Positions 8,116 through 16,822 of a stretch of DNA of 32,000 nt are shown here, piece by piece. A model generated the notes under the pieces. It saw nothing but the letters and a program-made list of their open reading frames with translations, did not search any database and had not been told where the DNA came from. Made by a program: the position numbers and the translations under genes. The number at the start of each line of letters is the position of its first letter. Within the stretch, counting starts at the first letter, position 1. The stretch is from contig NC_008340.1 in the NCBI RefSeq assembly GCF_000014785.1, forward strand, positions 2,700,001 to 2,732,000. Direction: 5' to 3'. The DNA comes from Alkalilimnicola ehrlichii MLHE-1. GTDB taxonomy: Bacteria > Pseudomonadota > Gammaproteobacteria > Nitrococcales > Halorhodospiraceae.

Positions 8116-8606
8116 GATTCGGACTCCAGGGTGAGGCGGGCGTTGACCCGGCCGGGGGCGTCCAGCGGCTCCAGGCTGAGGGCGTGGACCCGCACGCCGG
8201 TCTCGGCGAGGGCGTCCAGCCAATAGAGCATCTGATCGAAGTCCGCCCGCTCCAGCCAGACCCGCACCCGCTGGTCACCGTCGGGCTGCAGGCGTTCCAG
8301 CCGCTCACCCAGGCCGTAGTCGCCGGCGCTGCGGTCCACCCGGCCCAGCAGGGAGTCGGCCCGGCCCTCGCCGGGGACGGCGGTGGCCCCGCCGGCCTGG
8401 CGCACCCGCTCGGCGGCGGCGGCCATCCAGGCCTGCTGGGCACGGGCCTCGGCCACCTCGCCACGCAGGGTCTCGGCGCGGTCGGAGAGCGGCAGCCAGA
8501 TGCCGCCCCAGGGCAACAGCACGGCGAGCACCAGGGCCCCGGCCAGCAGGATGCGCCGCTCCCGGGGTTCCAGCCCCTGCCAGTGGGCGAGCAGTCGCTC
8601 CTTCAT
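8112..8606 (-). CDS. gspM: type II secretion system protein M
   Basis: 164 aa. It starts MKERLLAHWQGLEPRERRILLAGALVLAVLL, the typical GspM N-terminus and TM, followed by a periplasmic ferredoxin-like domain. It shows ATGA overlap with gspL. Confidence 0.8.
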   Translation of the reverse strand: MKERLLAHWQGLEPRERRILLAGALVLAVLLPWGGIWLPLSDRAETLRGEVAEARAQQAWMAAAAERVRQAGGATAVPGEGRADSLLGRVDRSAGDYGLGERLERLQPDGDQRVRVWLERADFDQMLYWLDALAETGVRVHALSLEPLDAPGRVNARLTLESES

Positions 8607-9877
8607 GCCTCCTCCCGCTGAATGGTGACCCGGCCGGCGATGCGCTCACCCCGGCTGGCCGCGGAGTGGATCTGCACCTGCCAGTCGCCCCGCGCCTCCA
8701 CCGCCTCGCGCAGCCGCTCCAACGCCTGCACGCTGGCGGCGTCCAGGTCCAGTTCCAGCCGCTGCTGGCGGAAGGCGAGGCTGCGCAGCCGGGGGGCATC
8801 GTCGCCGGTCAGGGCCGGCGCGACCGCATTGAGCACGGCGATGAAGGGGTCGGACCGGCGCTCCGGGCCGCCCTCGCCACCACCGTCCAGTTCGGCCAGT
8901 GCCCGCTCCATCTGCACCCGCGGGTTGACCACCCGGCTGTCGGGGAAGGTGTCGCGGAAGATCTCCACGGTCTCGGCGCGCAGGGCCTGTTCGGTGCGCT
9001 CCAGGTTGCGCACCTCGGCATAGAGCATGACGAATTGCAGGCCCACCCAGGCCAGGGCCAGGGCCGCCACCGCGCGCCAGGGGCGCAGTCGCCGGAGCCA
9101 CTGCTCGCGCCCGCTGAAGGGGCCCTGGAGCAGATTGATCGCCTGGTGCGGATCGAACAGGGGGGCCAGGGCGCGCAGCGGACTGTCGGCCGCCGGCTGC
9201 TCGCTGACGGTGAGGGTGTCGGGCAGGGCCGCGCGCAGGGCCTCGACCTGCCCGGGGGCGGCGCCCGCCGGGTGGAGGGCCAGCCCGGCGGGGGCGCCCT
9301 CATCGCCGGCCTCACCGGCGGCCTGCGCCTGGGCCAGCAGCCGGGGCAGGATCAGCGGCCAGGCGTCGGCCTCCAGGGCCAGTCCGGCGCGCGGCCCGGT
9401 GCTGAGCCAGCCGGCCTGGTCGCCCAGGATCAGGCGCCAGTCGTCGTCCCCGGCACCGATGGCCAGTTCCAGCGGGGTGATCGTATGCAGTTCGAGGCCC
9501 TGCTCGGCGGCCCAGTGCAACCAGGTGGCCATGCGCTCGCGGTCGATGACCGCGGCGCTGTGGCGTCCGTCGGCCTCCGGCCGGCCCAGGGCGAAGTGCA
9601 GCCGGTCGGGATCGGCGGCGAGCTGGTCCTCCAGCGCCCAAGGCAGCGCCTGGCGGGCCCGCTGGCGGTTACGGGTGGGCAGCGTGGCCCGCAGGACGCT
9701 GACCTCGCCGGGTGGCAGCAACAGCCACACCCGGGCGCCCCGGGGCAGCCGGGTGGCGAGGTCGCCGGCCGGGGCCTCGCCGTGGTCGCCCACGCGGCCG
9801 TCGGCGTCCAGCAGGCACCATTCCACCGGGTCGTCCGCGGTGGGTGCGGTGGGTAGCAGCAGGCAGTATTGACTCAT
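8603..9877 (-). CDS. gspL: type II secretion system protein L
   Basis: The internal ATG at 9875-9877 gives 424 aa (MSQYCLLLPTAP...). A cytoplasmic actin-like domain is followed by one TM (WRAVAALALAWVGLQFVMLYA) and a periplasmic domain. It sits between gspK and gspM. Confidence 0.8.
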   Translation of the reverse strand: MSQYCLLLPTAPTADDPVEWCLLDADGRVGDHGEAPAGDLATRLPRGARVWLLLPPGEVSVLRATLPTRNRQRARQALPWALEDQLAADPDRLHFALGRPEADGRHSAAVIDRERMATWLHWAAEQGLELHTITPLELAIGAGDDDWRLILGDQAGWLSTGPRAGLALEADAWPLILPRLLAQAQAAGEAGDEGAPAGLALHPAGAAPGQVEALRAALPDTLTVSEQPAADSPLRALAPLFDPHQAINLLQGPFSGREQWLRRLRPWRAVAALALAWVGLQFVMLYAEVRNLERTEQALRAETVEIFRDTFPDSRVVNPRVQMERALAELDGGGEGGPERRSDPFIAVLNAVAPALTGDDAPRLRSLAFRQQRLELDLDAASVQALERLREAVEARGDWQVQIHSAASRGERIAGRVTIQREEA

Positions 9878-9902
9878 GGCCCCATCATACCCCCTGCCCC
9901 GG

Positions 9903-10721
9903 TCAACAGGCACGCAGCCGGCGCAGCACCACCTCGCCGGTGACGGCGTTGACGATGCTGCACTGGCGGTAACGCCGGTCGGCGCTGTCGACGACGATGT
10001 GCAGGCGCACCCAGTCCGGGCTGTCCTGGCCCTCGGTGTCCGGCGGCTGGTCCGGGTCCGCCTCGGTGGCGGCCAGGAGCCGGTCGGGGGCCCGGCGGGG
10101 GTTGATGGCGACACCCTGCGCCGGCACCGCGGTGACGTAGGGGCGCAGGGCCTGGAACAGCTCGGGCGTCACCCCGCGGACCAGGGCCAGCTCGCTGGCG
10201 GTGGCCAGGCGGGTCCCCGGGTTGCTGTAGGGGGGCTGCTGGCCGGCGTACCAGGGGTCGTGCACCTCCGGGTCCATCCAGTCGCGCAGGGCGGCCAGCA
10301 CACCGTCCGGGTCCACCGCACCGAGTCCGTGGTCGGCGGCCACGTCCTCCAACAGCCGGAGGAAGGTCTCGGCGCTCGCCTCGTCCTCGGGGTCGGCGAG
10401 GTTGTTGAGGTTGAACCGGCAGTGCAGGTCCTCGGCCACCACCTGCACCGCCTGACCGTCCAGGGGCACGACCACGGGCGGCGTGCGGCAGTCCTCCCAG
10501 GGCACCGCGTCCGGGTTATCGGCCAGCAGGCGCAGGGCCTGGGCCGCCAGGGCCTCGCCGCTGGCGGCGTGCCAATAGGCCTGGTCGTGTTCCAGCAGGT
10601 TGCCGGTGCGGCGGATGTCCAGGTGCTGGCGGGTGGTCATGGCGACGGTGGCGATGGTGGCCAGCGCCACCACCAGCAGGGCGGTGATCAGGGCCACCCC
10701 CCGTTGCCGCCGCCGCGCCAT
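9903..10721 (-). CDS. gspK: type II secretion system minor pseudopilin K
   Basis: The internal ATG at 10719-10721 gives MARRRQRGVALITALLVVALATIATVAM, a GspK-type prepilin-like N-terminus lacking Glu5. Conserved GspK blocks are present (RFNLNNL, ATASELALVRGVTPELFQALRPYVTA). Confidence 0.8.
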   Translation of the reverse strand: MARRRQRGVALITALLVVALATIATVAMTTRQHLDIRRTGNLLEHDQAYWHAASGEALAAQALRLLADNPDAVPWEDCRTPPVVVPLDGQAVQVVAEDLHCRFNLNNLADPEDEASAETFLRLLEDVAADHGLGAVDPDGVLAALRDWMDPEVHDPWYAGQQPPYSNPGTRLATASELALVRGVTPELFQALRPYVTAVPAQGVAINPRRAPDRLLAATEADPDQPPDTEGQDSPDWVRLHIVVDSADRRYRQCSIVNAVTGEVVLRRLRAC

Positions 10722-10723
10722 GG

Positions 10724-12766
10724 CTACTCCGCCTCCACCGCCTGCTCGGCGACGGCGGCGAAGGGCGCCAGCCATTGCCGCACCCGCGCGCGGAGCTCCT
10801 CGTCCTCGGCGATCCGATCGGCGATGGCCGGGCTGAAGTGGTAATAGAGGCTGACCAGCTCCTGCCCGGCACGGCTGGTCAGCAGGGCCTCGTCGCGGAA
10901 CTGGCGCAGGGTGGCCACGGGCGCATCCCATTCACTGCCCCAGGCGGCGGTGGCAATGAAGCAGCCGCCACCTCCGCCACCACCCCCAGTGCCGTTGTCT
11001 CCGTCCGGGGCGCCGTTGTCGCCATTGCCGTTATCGTCGTTGCCGTTGCCGTTGTCGTCGTTGCCGTTGCCGTTGTCGTCGTTGCCATTGTCGCCATTGT
11101 CGTCGCTGGTCGCCACGTAGCTCGCCGAACCCGAGCAGGCGCGCACACTGGCCCGCTCGGCGCAGACCCGGTAGGTGATGGTCTCGCCCTCGTCCAGTGC
11201 CGGGGAGACGACGGCCTCCTGGTCCCCGCTCTCCAGGGTGACCCCGCCGGTGGCCTGGAAGTCGGCGTCCGCATCGTCGCAGCCGTCGCCCTCGCAGTGC
11301 TCCAGCGCCAGCGCATCGAGCTGATAGCTGTTGTTCAGCCAGGTCAATTCCAGCTCCGAGGTATCGGGCAGCGGGTTGATCCGCAGCCGGCTCGGGGCGA
11401 AGGGCGGCAGACCGGCCAGGTCGACGGTGAGGGCGTCGTAGGCGTTCACGATGCCGCCGGTGGCGGTCAGCCCCTCCCAGTCCGGGCTGGCATTCAGCCG
11501 GGCGGACATCAGGAGGCGCTCCCGCACCGCCTGGTAAGGGGTATCGACGCCGTGCTGGGCCAGCACCAGGCCGGCGATGCCGACCACGTGGGGTACAGCC
11601 ATAGAGGTGCCCGAACGGAATTCGTAGGGGTCTGGCCGGTCCGGCCGGTCCACCACGGCACTCAGGATATCAACGCCGGGCGCGGCCAGGTGGACGTCGG
11701 TCTCCCCAAAATTGGAGAAACTCGCGCGCTCGTCGTCCTCGTCTGAGGCCGCGACCGAGATGATGTTGTCCAGCCGGTAACTGGCCGGCCAGAAGCCCGT
11801 CGGCTCGTCCGATTCCGTGTCATTCTCCTCACCCGCGTTCCCCGCCGCGGCCACCACCAGGACCCCCTGCTCACCGGCTGCCCGCAGGGCCGCCTTGAGG
11901 GTGTCGTCCTCGCCGTCATCCCGGAGCGGACTTTCATCGGTGCCGAAACTGGCGTTGATGACCCTCACCCCTTCATCGACCAACGCCTCCACGGCCGCAA
12001 TCACGTCGGCAAAGGACCCTTCGACCCGGTTCGGGCCAGCGACCTCCAGCGCGGCGTGGCTGTACAGCGAGACCTGGAGATTCACGCCGGCCACCCCCTC
12101 CCCCTCAGCCGCGATCACGCCGGCGACATGGGTGCCATGATCCTCCGGCTGAGAATCGTCGAACTGGGAACCGGTCCCCGCCACGTTCTGCTGCAGATCG
12201 GGATGGGCCGTATCGATCTCGGTGTCCACCTGGCCCAGTCGCACCGCCGGGTCACCGGTGGTCAGGTCCCAGGCCTGCGGCACATCGATGGCCGGCAGGT
12301 TCCATTGCTGGTCATAGAACTCGGGCTCCGGGTCGAGCTGGGCGGCGTAGACCCGGTAGTTGGGCTCGACATAGGCCACCGCCGGGTCCTCGGCGTAGGC
12401 GGCGATGGCCTCCTCCAGGCTCATCCAGGACGGCAGCCGAACATGCTCCGCGTTACCGGTGCGAAAGCGCCGGACCACATTGGCGCCCACCAGGGCATGA
12501 GCCGCCCGCATACGCGGCTCGGTCTCCGCCGCGTCCCCGGCCGGCCGGATCAGCAACTCCCCCGGCACACAGCAGTCCGGGTTGTCCCGGACCGTCTCGA
12601 TCAGGGTGCGGGCCGAAGCCGGCAGGGCCGCCAACCGCTCCGCTGAGAGCGCGGCCACCCGCCGGTCGTCCTCCGGCGGTTCCAGGCCTCCGCTCAGCAG
12701 CGGGGGCAGCAACAGTGCCGCGACCAGCGCGGCGGCCATCCATGCAGTGAAGAGGCGCATCTTCAT
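10724..12766 (-). CDS. secreted subtilisin-family (S8) serine protease with I9-like propeptide, Asp/Asn/Gly repeat linker and CFIATAAWG C-terminal module
   Basis: 680 aa with a signal peptide (MKMRLFTAWMAAALVAALLLPPLL). Catalytic motifs are VDTEIDTAHPDL (Asp), HGTHVAGVIAA (His), AAAGNAG (oxyanion Asn) and SGTSMAVPHVVG (Ser). The tail reads G8-CFIATAAWGSEWDAPVATLRQFRDEALL...YYHFSPAIA. Confidence 0.9.
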   Translation of the reverse strand: MKMRLFTAWMAAALVAALLLPPLLSGGLEPPEDDRRVAALSAERLAALPASARTLIETVRDNPDCCVPGELLIRPAGDAAETEPRMRAAHALVGANVVRRFRTGNAEHVRLPSWMSLEEAIAAYAEDPAVAYVEPNYRVYAAQLDPEPEFYDQQWNLPAIDVPQAWDLTTGDPAVRLGQVDTEIDTAHPDLQQNVAGTGSQFDDSQPEDHGTHVAGVIAAEGEGVAGVNLQVSLYSHAALEVAGPNRVEGSFADVIAAVEALVDEGVRVINASFGTDESPLRDDGEDDTLKAALRAAGEQGVLVVAAAGNAGEENDTESDEPTGFWPASYRLDNIISVAASDEDDERASFSNFGETDVHLAAPGVDILSAVVDRPDRPDPYEFRSGTSMAVPHVVGIAGLVLAQHGVDTPYQAVRERLLMSARLNASPDWEGLTATGGIVNAYDALTVDLAGLPPFAPSRLRINPLPDTSELELTWLNNSYQLDALALEHCEGDGCDDADADFQATGGVTLESGDQEAVVSPALDEGETITYRVCAERASVRACSGSASYVATSDDNGDNGNDDNGNGNDDNGNGNDDNGNGDNGAPDGDNGTGGGGGGGGCFIATAAWGSEWDAPVATLRQFRDEALLTSRAGQELVSLYYHFSPAIADRIAEDEELRARVRQWLAPFAAVAEQAVEAE
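11018..11104. repeat. In-frame 21-bp tandem repeat (about 4 copies) inside the S8 protease gene
   Basis: gttgccgttgccgttgtcgtc occurs at 11039-11059 and 11060-11080, with degenerate copies on either side. It encodes the DDNGNGN repeats of the linker. Confidence 0.9.
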
Positions 12767-13401
12767 CGGTCGTTCTCCTTGCGCGGGAGGGCGAAAAGCC
12801 GGGTCACCGCCCCGGTGTGCTCCGCTTCCAGTTCAATCTCGACGGCGAGGGGCAGGTCCGCATTGGGCTGCTCCGGTGGGGGCCAGGCCCGGCTGGTGGT
12901 CCGCTCCCCGTCCAGGCCATGGTAGTGGAAGACGAAGGCGAGTACCTCCACGGTGTTGCCGGCCACCTCCCCCAGCATGGGCACCCGGCTTTGCGGCTCA
13001 TCCATGCCGCCGTCCACGGTGGGCCAGAGCAGCCGGTAGAGCACGCCGTCCTCCAGCTCCCAACCCACCCGTCGCAGCTCCGAGCGCACGCCGCGACTGC
13101 GCGCGCCAGCGCTCACCAGTTCCAGCCGCGGGGGCAGGCGCAGGTCGTCGAGCATCAGCCCGGGGCGGCGGTCGCCGTAGGCATCGCGCCGGGGCCGGTC
13201 CACCACCTGGTGCAGATCCCGCTGCAGCATGGCGAAGGCCAACTGCATCTCATCCAGTCGCTCCGCGGCCCGGTCGGTGTGCGCCCGGGCGTCCAGCACC
13301 GAGGTGAGGCCGCCGTAGGCCATGGCGGCCAGCAGGGAGAAGACCGCCATGGCCACCAGCAGCTCCAGGAGGGTGAAACCGCGCGACCGGTCAGAGGCCA
13401 T
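12763..13401 (-). CDS. gspJ: type II secretion system minor pseudopilin J
   Basis: The internal ATG at 13399-13401 gives MASDRSRGFTLLELLVAMAVFSLLAAMAYGG, a prepilin cleavage/methylation motif G-FTLLE. It is 212 aa and lies between gspI and the protease gene. Confidence 0.85.
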   Translation of the reverse strand: MASDRSRGFTLLELLVAMAVFSLLAAMAYGGLTSVLDARAHTDRAAERLDEMQLAFAMLQRDLHQVVDRPRRDAYGDRRPGLMLDDLRLPPRLELVSAGARSRGVRSELRRVGWELEDGVLYRLLWPTVDGGMDEPQSRVPMLGEVAGNTVEVLAFVFHYHGLDGERTTSRAWPPPEQPNADLPLAVEIELEAEHTGAVTRLFALPRKENDR

Positions 13402-13840
13402 CGAAGCCCCCCTCCTCCAGGTCATCGATCGTCCCCAGGCGGCCCCCCTCCGGGACCAGCACCACGCGGGCGGTGGCCAGGGGCTGTTGCTCGCGCGCCT
13501 GGTCGCGGTGGACCGCCACCTCCAGCCGGCGCAGCCCCGGGATGCCCGGCAGGCCCTCCAGCTCCGGCGCCCAGGGCGCCATCGTCGCCCGCCAATGCCA
13601 GTCGCGCCCGCCGAGACGCTCGACGCCTTCGGCGGGGCCGGACTCGGGCAGTGCCTCCAGCCGCGCCTGGAAGCGGTTGAGCTGATTGGCAGCCACCCAG
13701 TGGGCATGGGTCCGGTCGCGCAGATAGGCGGCGTTGGCGGCGTTCTCGCTGGCCACCTTGACGGCCGCGCCCAGGGCGGTGGCCAGGATGGCCAGCGCCA
13801 CCAGCACCTCCAGCAGGGTAAAGCCCCGTTGCCTAGCCAT
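13391..13840 (-). CDS. gspI: type II secretion system minor pseudopilin I
   Basis: The internal ATG at 13838-13840 gives MARQRGFTLLEVLVALAILATALGAA and the GspI-like block AYLRDRTHAHWVAANQL. It is 149 aa. Confidence 0.85.
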   Translation of the reverse strand: MARQRGFTLLEVLVALAILATALGAAVKVASENAANAAYLRDRTHAHWVAANQLNRFQARLEALPESGPAEGVERLGGRDWHWRATMAPWAPELEGLPGIPGLRRLEVAVHRDQAREQQPLATARVVLVPEGGRLGTIDDLEEGGFDGL

Positions 13841-14375
13841 CGGGCGCCTCCGTGTGCAGGCGCAGGCGCCCGGCCATGTCACCGGTGACGACCCGGATCC
13901 GGTCCGGGTCGCGCTGATCGCGCAGCGTGAGCTGGAACTCCGTCACCTCGCCGGTCCCATAGAGGTAGAGGTGGGGGTCGGGCTGTTCGGGCCGGTAGTC
14001 CAGGCGGACGTCCACGCCCTCCAGGCGCAACGCCAGTTCCATGTCCTCCGGCTCCAGGTCGCGGGGCCGGAGCTGGCGGTCGCGGTCCACCGGCAGCCAG
14101 GTGGTGAGGCCGTCCTCCACCTCCACCTCGTGCAGGAAGTGGTAGCCGTGCCGGGTCACCCCCACGGCCAACTCCGGGCCGCCGAGCATGACCTCCTGGC
14201 GGGCGAGGTCCACCAGGCTGATGAAGCGCCGGGCCTGCTCCTCCAACTGGCGGTCGCGGCCGCCATCGCCCACGGAGAGCACGGCGAGGCCGGTGAGCAA
14301 CCCCAGGATGATGATGACCGCCAGCAGCTCGAACAGGGTGAAGCCGGCGCTGGCCTTGGCGGGGCGGGGCATCAT
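13833..14375 (-). CDS. gspH: type II secretion system minor pseudopilin H
   Basis: 180 aa. The N-terminus AGFTLFELLAVIIILGLLTGLAV is a prepilin motif. It lies between gspG and gspI. Confidence 0.8.
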   Translation of the reverse strand: MMPRPAKASAGFTLFELLAVIIILGLLTGLAVLSVGDGGRDRQLEEQARRFISLVDLARQEVMLGGPELAVGVTRHGYHFLHEVEVEDGLTTWLPVDRDRQLRPRDLEPEDMELALRLEGVDVRLDYRPEQPDPHLYLYGTGEVTEFQLTLRDQRDPDRIRVVTGDMAGRLRLHTEAPDG

Positions 14376-14381
14376 CCGGCG

Positions 14382-14816
14382 TCAGTCCAGCGCCCAGTTG
14401 CCGATCTCCGCGTTGACGCCGGAGCCCCCCGGCTGACCGTCGGCACCGTAGCTGAAGATGTCGATGTCGCTGTGCTCGCCCGGGTTGAGGTATTGGTAGT
14501 CGTTGCCCCAGGGGTCCTTGGGCAGCCGGTCCAGGTAGCCGCCCTCGCGCCAGTTGCGCGGCTCGGGATTGCCGGTGGGCCGCTCCACCAGCGCCTCCAG
14601 GCCCTGGTCGGTGCTGGGATAGACGTTGTTGTCCAGGCGGTAGAGGTTGAGCGCGGACTCGATGGCGCGGATATCGGAGCGCGCCTTGCTGATCCGGGCG
14701 TCGTCGGGACGGTCCATGATCCGCGGCACCACGATACCGGCGAGGATGCCGAGGATGACCACCACCACCATGATCTCGATGAGGGTGAAGCCGCTTTGCC
14801 GTTGTCTAGCCATCAT
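14382..14816 (-). CDS. gspG: type II secretion system major pseudopilin G
   Basis: 144 aa. [34 protein letters not shown] plus the conserved blocks [33 protein letters not shown] and [16 protein letters not shown] lies upstream. Confidence 0.95.
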   Translation of the reverse strand: MMARQRQSGFTLIEIMVVVVILGILAGIVVPRIMDRPDDARISKARSDIRAIESALNLYRLDNNVYPSTDQGLEALVERPTGNPEPRNWREGGYLDRLPKDPWGNDYQYLNPGEHSDIDIFSYGADGQPGGSGVNAEIGNWALD

Positions 14817-14845
14817 GCACTGGGACTCCTCAAGGGGTTACGGGC

Positions 14846-14899
14846 GCCACTATTGCGCCAACTGCCACTATTGCGCCAACTGCCACTATTGCACCAACT
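14846..14899. repeat. 18-bp tandem repeat x3 spanning the gspF stop codon and the gspF-gspG spacer
   Basis: gccactattgcgccaact occurs at 14846-14863 and 14864-14881, and gccactattgcaccaact at 14882-14899. On the coding strand each copy carries an in-frame TAG. Confidence 0.9.
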
Positions 14900-16100
14900 G
14901 ATTGAGTTCGAAGACCGGCAACAGGATGGCAAGCACGATCACCATGACCACGCCGCCCATGAGCAGGATCAGCAGCGGCTCGAACAGCCCCAGGAACATG
15001 CCGGTGAGGCTCTCCAGCTCCCGCTCCTGGTTCTCCGCCGCCCGGTCCAGCATCTGCTCCAGCTTGCCACCGGCCTCGCCGCTGGCGATCAGGTGCACGG
15101 TGATGGGCGGGAAGTAGCCGGTCCGTTCCAGGGCGTGGGCCAGACCGCTGCCCTCGCGCACGCGCCGGGCGGCCTCCTCCACCCCGCGCCGCATGGGGTC
15201 GTTGTTGACCACCGCGCCGGCCACCCGCAGCGCCTCCAGCACCGGCACGCTGCTGGCGGTGAGGATGCTCAGGGTGCGGGCAAAGCGGGCGGCGTTCACC
15301 CCCCGGGTCAGGCGCCCGATCAGGGGCAGTCGCAGCAGCAGGCTGTGCAGGGCGTAACGGGGCCCGGGCCGGCGCAGGATCCGGGCCAGCACCAGCAGCC
15401 CCACGATACCGCCGATCAGGCCGTAGAGGGCATAGTCGCGCATGAAGTCGCTGGTGACGATCAGCGACTGGGTGAGCAGCGGCAGATCCTGACCGATGTG
15501 GTCGAACACCCCCACCACCTCCGGCACCACGTAGGTGAGCAGGGTGAGGGTGACGCCGATGGCCATGACCGTGAGGATGATCGGGTAGAACAGCGCCATC
15601 TGCACCTTCTGGCGCATCTGCTGGCGGCCCTCGGTGTATTCCGCCAGCCGCTCCAGCACGATGTCCAGGTGGCCGGACTTCTCGCCGGCGGCTACCGTGG
15701 TGCGGTAGATATCGGGGAAGACGTGGGGGAAATCGCCCAACCCCTGGGCCAGGGTGTGACCCTCCAGCACGCGGTTGCGCACCGCCAGCATCAGGCTCTT
15801 GAGGCGGGGCTTGTCGGTCTGCCGGGAGACGGTGCGCAGGACGTCCTCCAGCGGCAGGCCGGAGCGCACCAGGGTGGCCATCTGGCGGGTGATCAGGGCC
15901 AGATCGGTGGCGCTGACCCCGCGGGTGAACAGCGGCCGGCGCACCGCACGCGCCTCCCGCTCCACCACGGCCTGCACGGCCAGGGGCGTAAGCCCGCGGT
16001 CGCGCAGTTGGGCGCGGACGTGACGCGGGGTGTCCCCCTCGAGCACACCCTTGCGCTGGCGGCCGCCCGGATCCAGTGCCTGATACTCGTAGGCGCCCAT
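14886..16100 (-). CDS. gspF: type II secretion system inner-membrane platform protein F
   Basis: 404 aa. MGAYEYQALDPGGRQRKGVLEGDTPRHVRAQLRDRGLTPL is the typical GspF N-terminus. Two repeated T2SSF domains and three TM segments are present. Confidence 0.95.
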   Translation of the reverse strand: MGAYEYQALDPGGRQRKGVLEGDTPRHVRAQLRDRGLTPLAVQAVVEREARAVRRPLFTRGVSATDLALITRQMATLVRSGLPLEDVLRTVSRQTDKPRLKSLMLAVRNRVLEGHTLAQGLGDFPHVFPDIYRTTVAAGEKSGHLDIVLERLAEYTEGRQQMRQKVQMALFYPIILTVMAIGVTLTLLTYVVPEVVGVFDHIGQDLPLLTQSLIVTSDFMRDYALYGLIGGIVGLLVLARILRRPGPRYALHSLLLRLPLIGRLTRGVNAARFARTLSILTASSVPVLEALRVAGAVVNNDPMRRGVEEAARRVREGSGLAHALERTGYFPPITVHLIASGEAGGKLEQMLDRAAENQERELESLTGMFLGLFEPLLILLMGGVVMVIVLAILLPVFELNQLVQ

Positions 16101-16258
16101 GCCCTATGCCTCGCCGGCCTCCCTGGCCCGTGGTGGTTCGCTGTGTGTGCTCATTCAGCGCAGGATACCCCACCCTGCGGCGGACCGTGAAGCGGCCTGA
16201 CGGCCCTGCCGCGGTGGCCAGCCACGGCCTTGGGATATGATGGCAGGGGAACGGACGC

Positions 16259-16738
16259 ATGCCGGTGGCGATAGGGGGCGATGGCTTGCAGGCGAACCCG
16301 CTGTACCCATTCAAGGATTGGTTGTTTCTGGCCGCACTGGCCGCCGGGCCGGCCGGGGCGCTGGCCTGGGTGATATTGACCGGGGAGCGGGCCGGCGACG
16401 GCAACCTGCTGACGCCCTGGCCCCTATTGATGCTGGTGGTGGTCTACCCGGTGCTCGAGGAGCTGGCCTTCCGCGGGTTGATTCAGGGGCTGCTGCTGCG
16501 TCCGCACTGGGGCCGTTACCGGGCGGGCCCGGTGAGCCTGGCCAATGCCCTGACCACCCTGGCCTTCGCCCTCAGCCACTGGCCCCGCGGCGGGGCGCTG
16601 CTGGCGCTGGGGGTGATCCCACCGGGGCTGATCTTCGGGTACTTCCGGGAGCGGCACGACGGGCTCTGGAGCCCGATCCTGCTCCACGGCTGGTATAACC
16701 TCTGCGTGATCACGGTGACGGCGACCTGGCCCGCCTGA
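16259..16738 (+). CDS. CPBP-family (CAAX protease / Abi) glutamic-type intramembrane protease, minimal 159-aa form
   Basis: Polytopic membrane protein with all three CPBP motifs: EELAFR (E67,E68,R72; gag gag at 16457-16462), FALSH (F103,H107) and HGWYN (H143,N147). It is divergent from gspF and convergent with the tagged CLCA-like gene. Confidence 0.85.
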   Translation: MPVAIGGDGLQANPLYPFKDWLFLAALAAGPAGALAWVILTGERAGDGNLLTPWPLLMLVVVYPVLEELAFRGLIQGLLLRPHWGRYRAGPVSLANALTTLAFALSHWPRGGALLALGVIPPGLIFGYFRERHDGLWSPILLHGWYNLCVITVTATWPA

Positions 16739-16763
16739 GCGGGCGCCGCGGGAAGAAACAAGC

Positions 16764-16787
16764 GGCCGGCGGGGGATCCCGCCGGCC
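16764..16787. terminator. Perfect 10-bp GC hairpin between convergent genes (possible bidirectional terminator)
   Basis: ggccggcggg (16764-16773), loop ggat, cccgccggcc (16778-16787). On the minus strand it is followed by the T-rich cttgtttcttcc. No clear T-tract follows on the plus strand. Confidence 0.45.
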
Positions 16788-16822
16788 GGTGGGTGGGTTA
16801 AGGGGGCCGGGGCCCCGCGCGC

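Noticed and set aside
16237-16698. 153-aa plus-strand ORF overlapping the CPBP protease gene in another frame
   Set aside because: Only the 16259..16738 frame gives TM helices and the EExxxR / FxxxH / HxxxN motifs.
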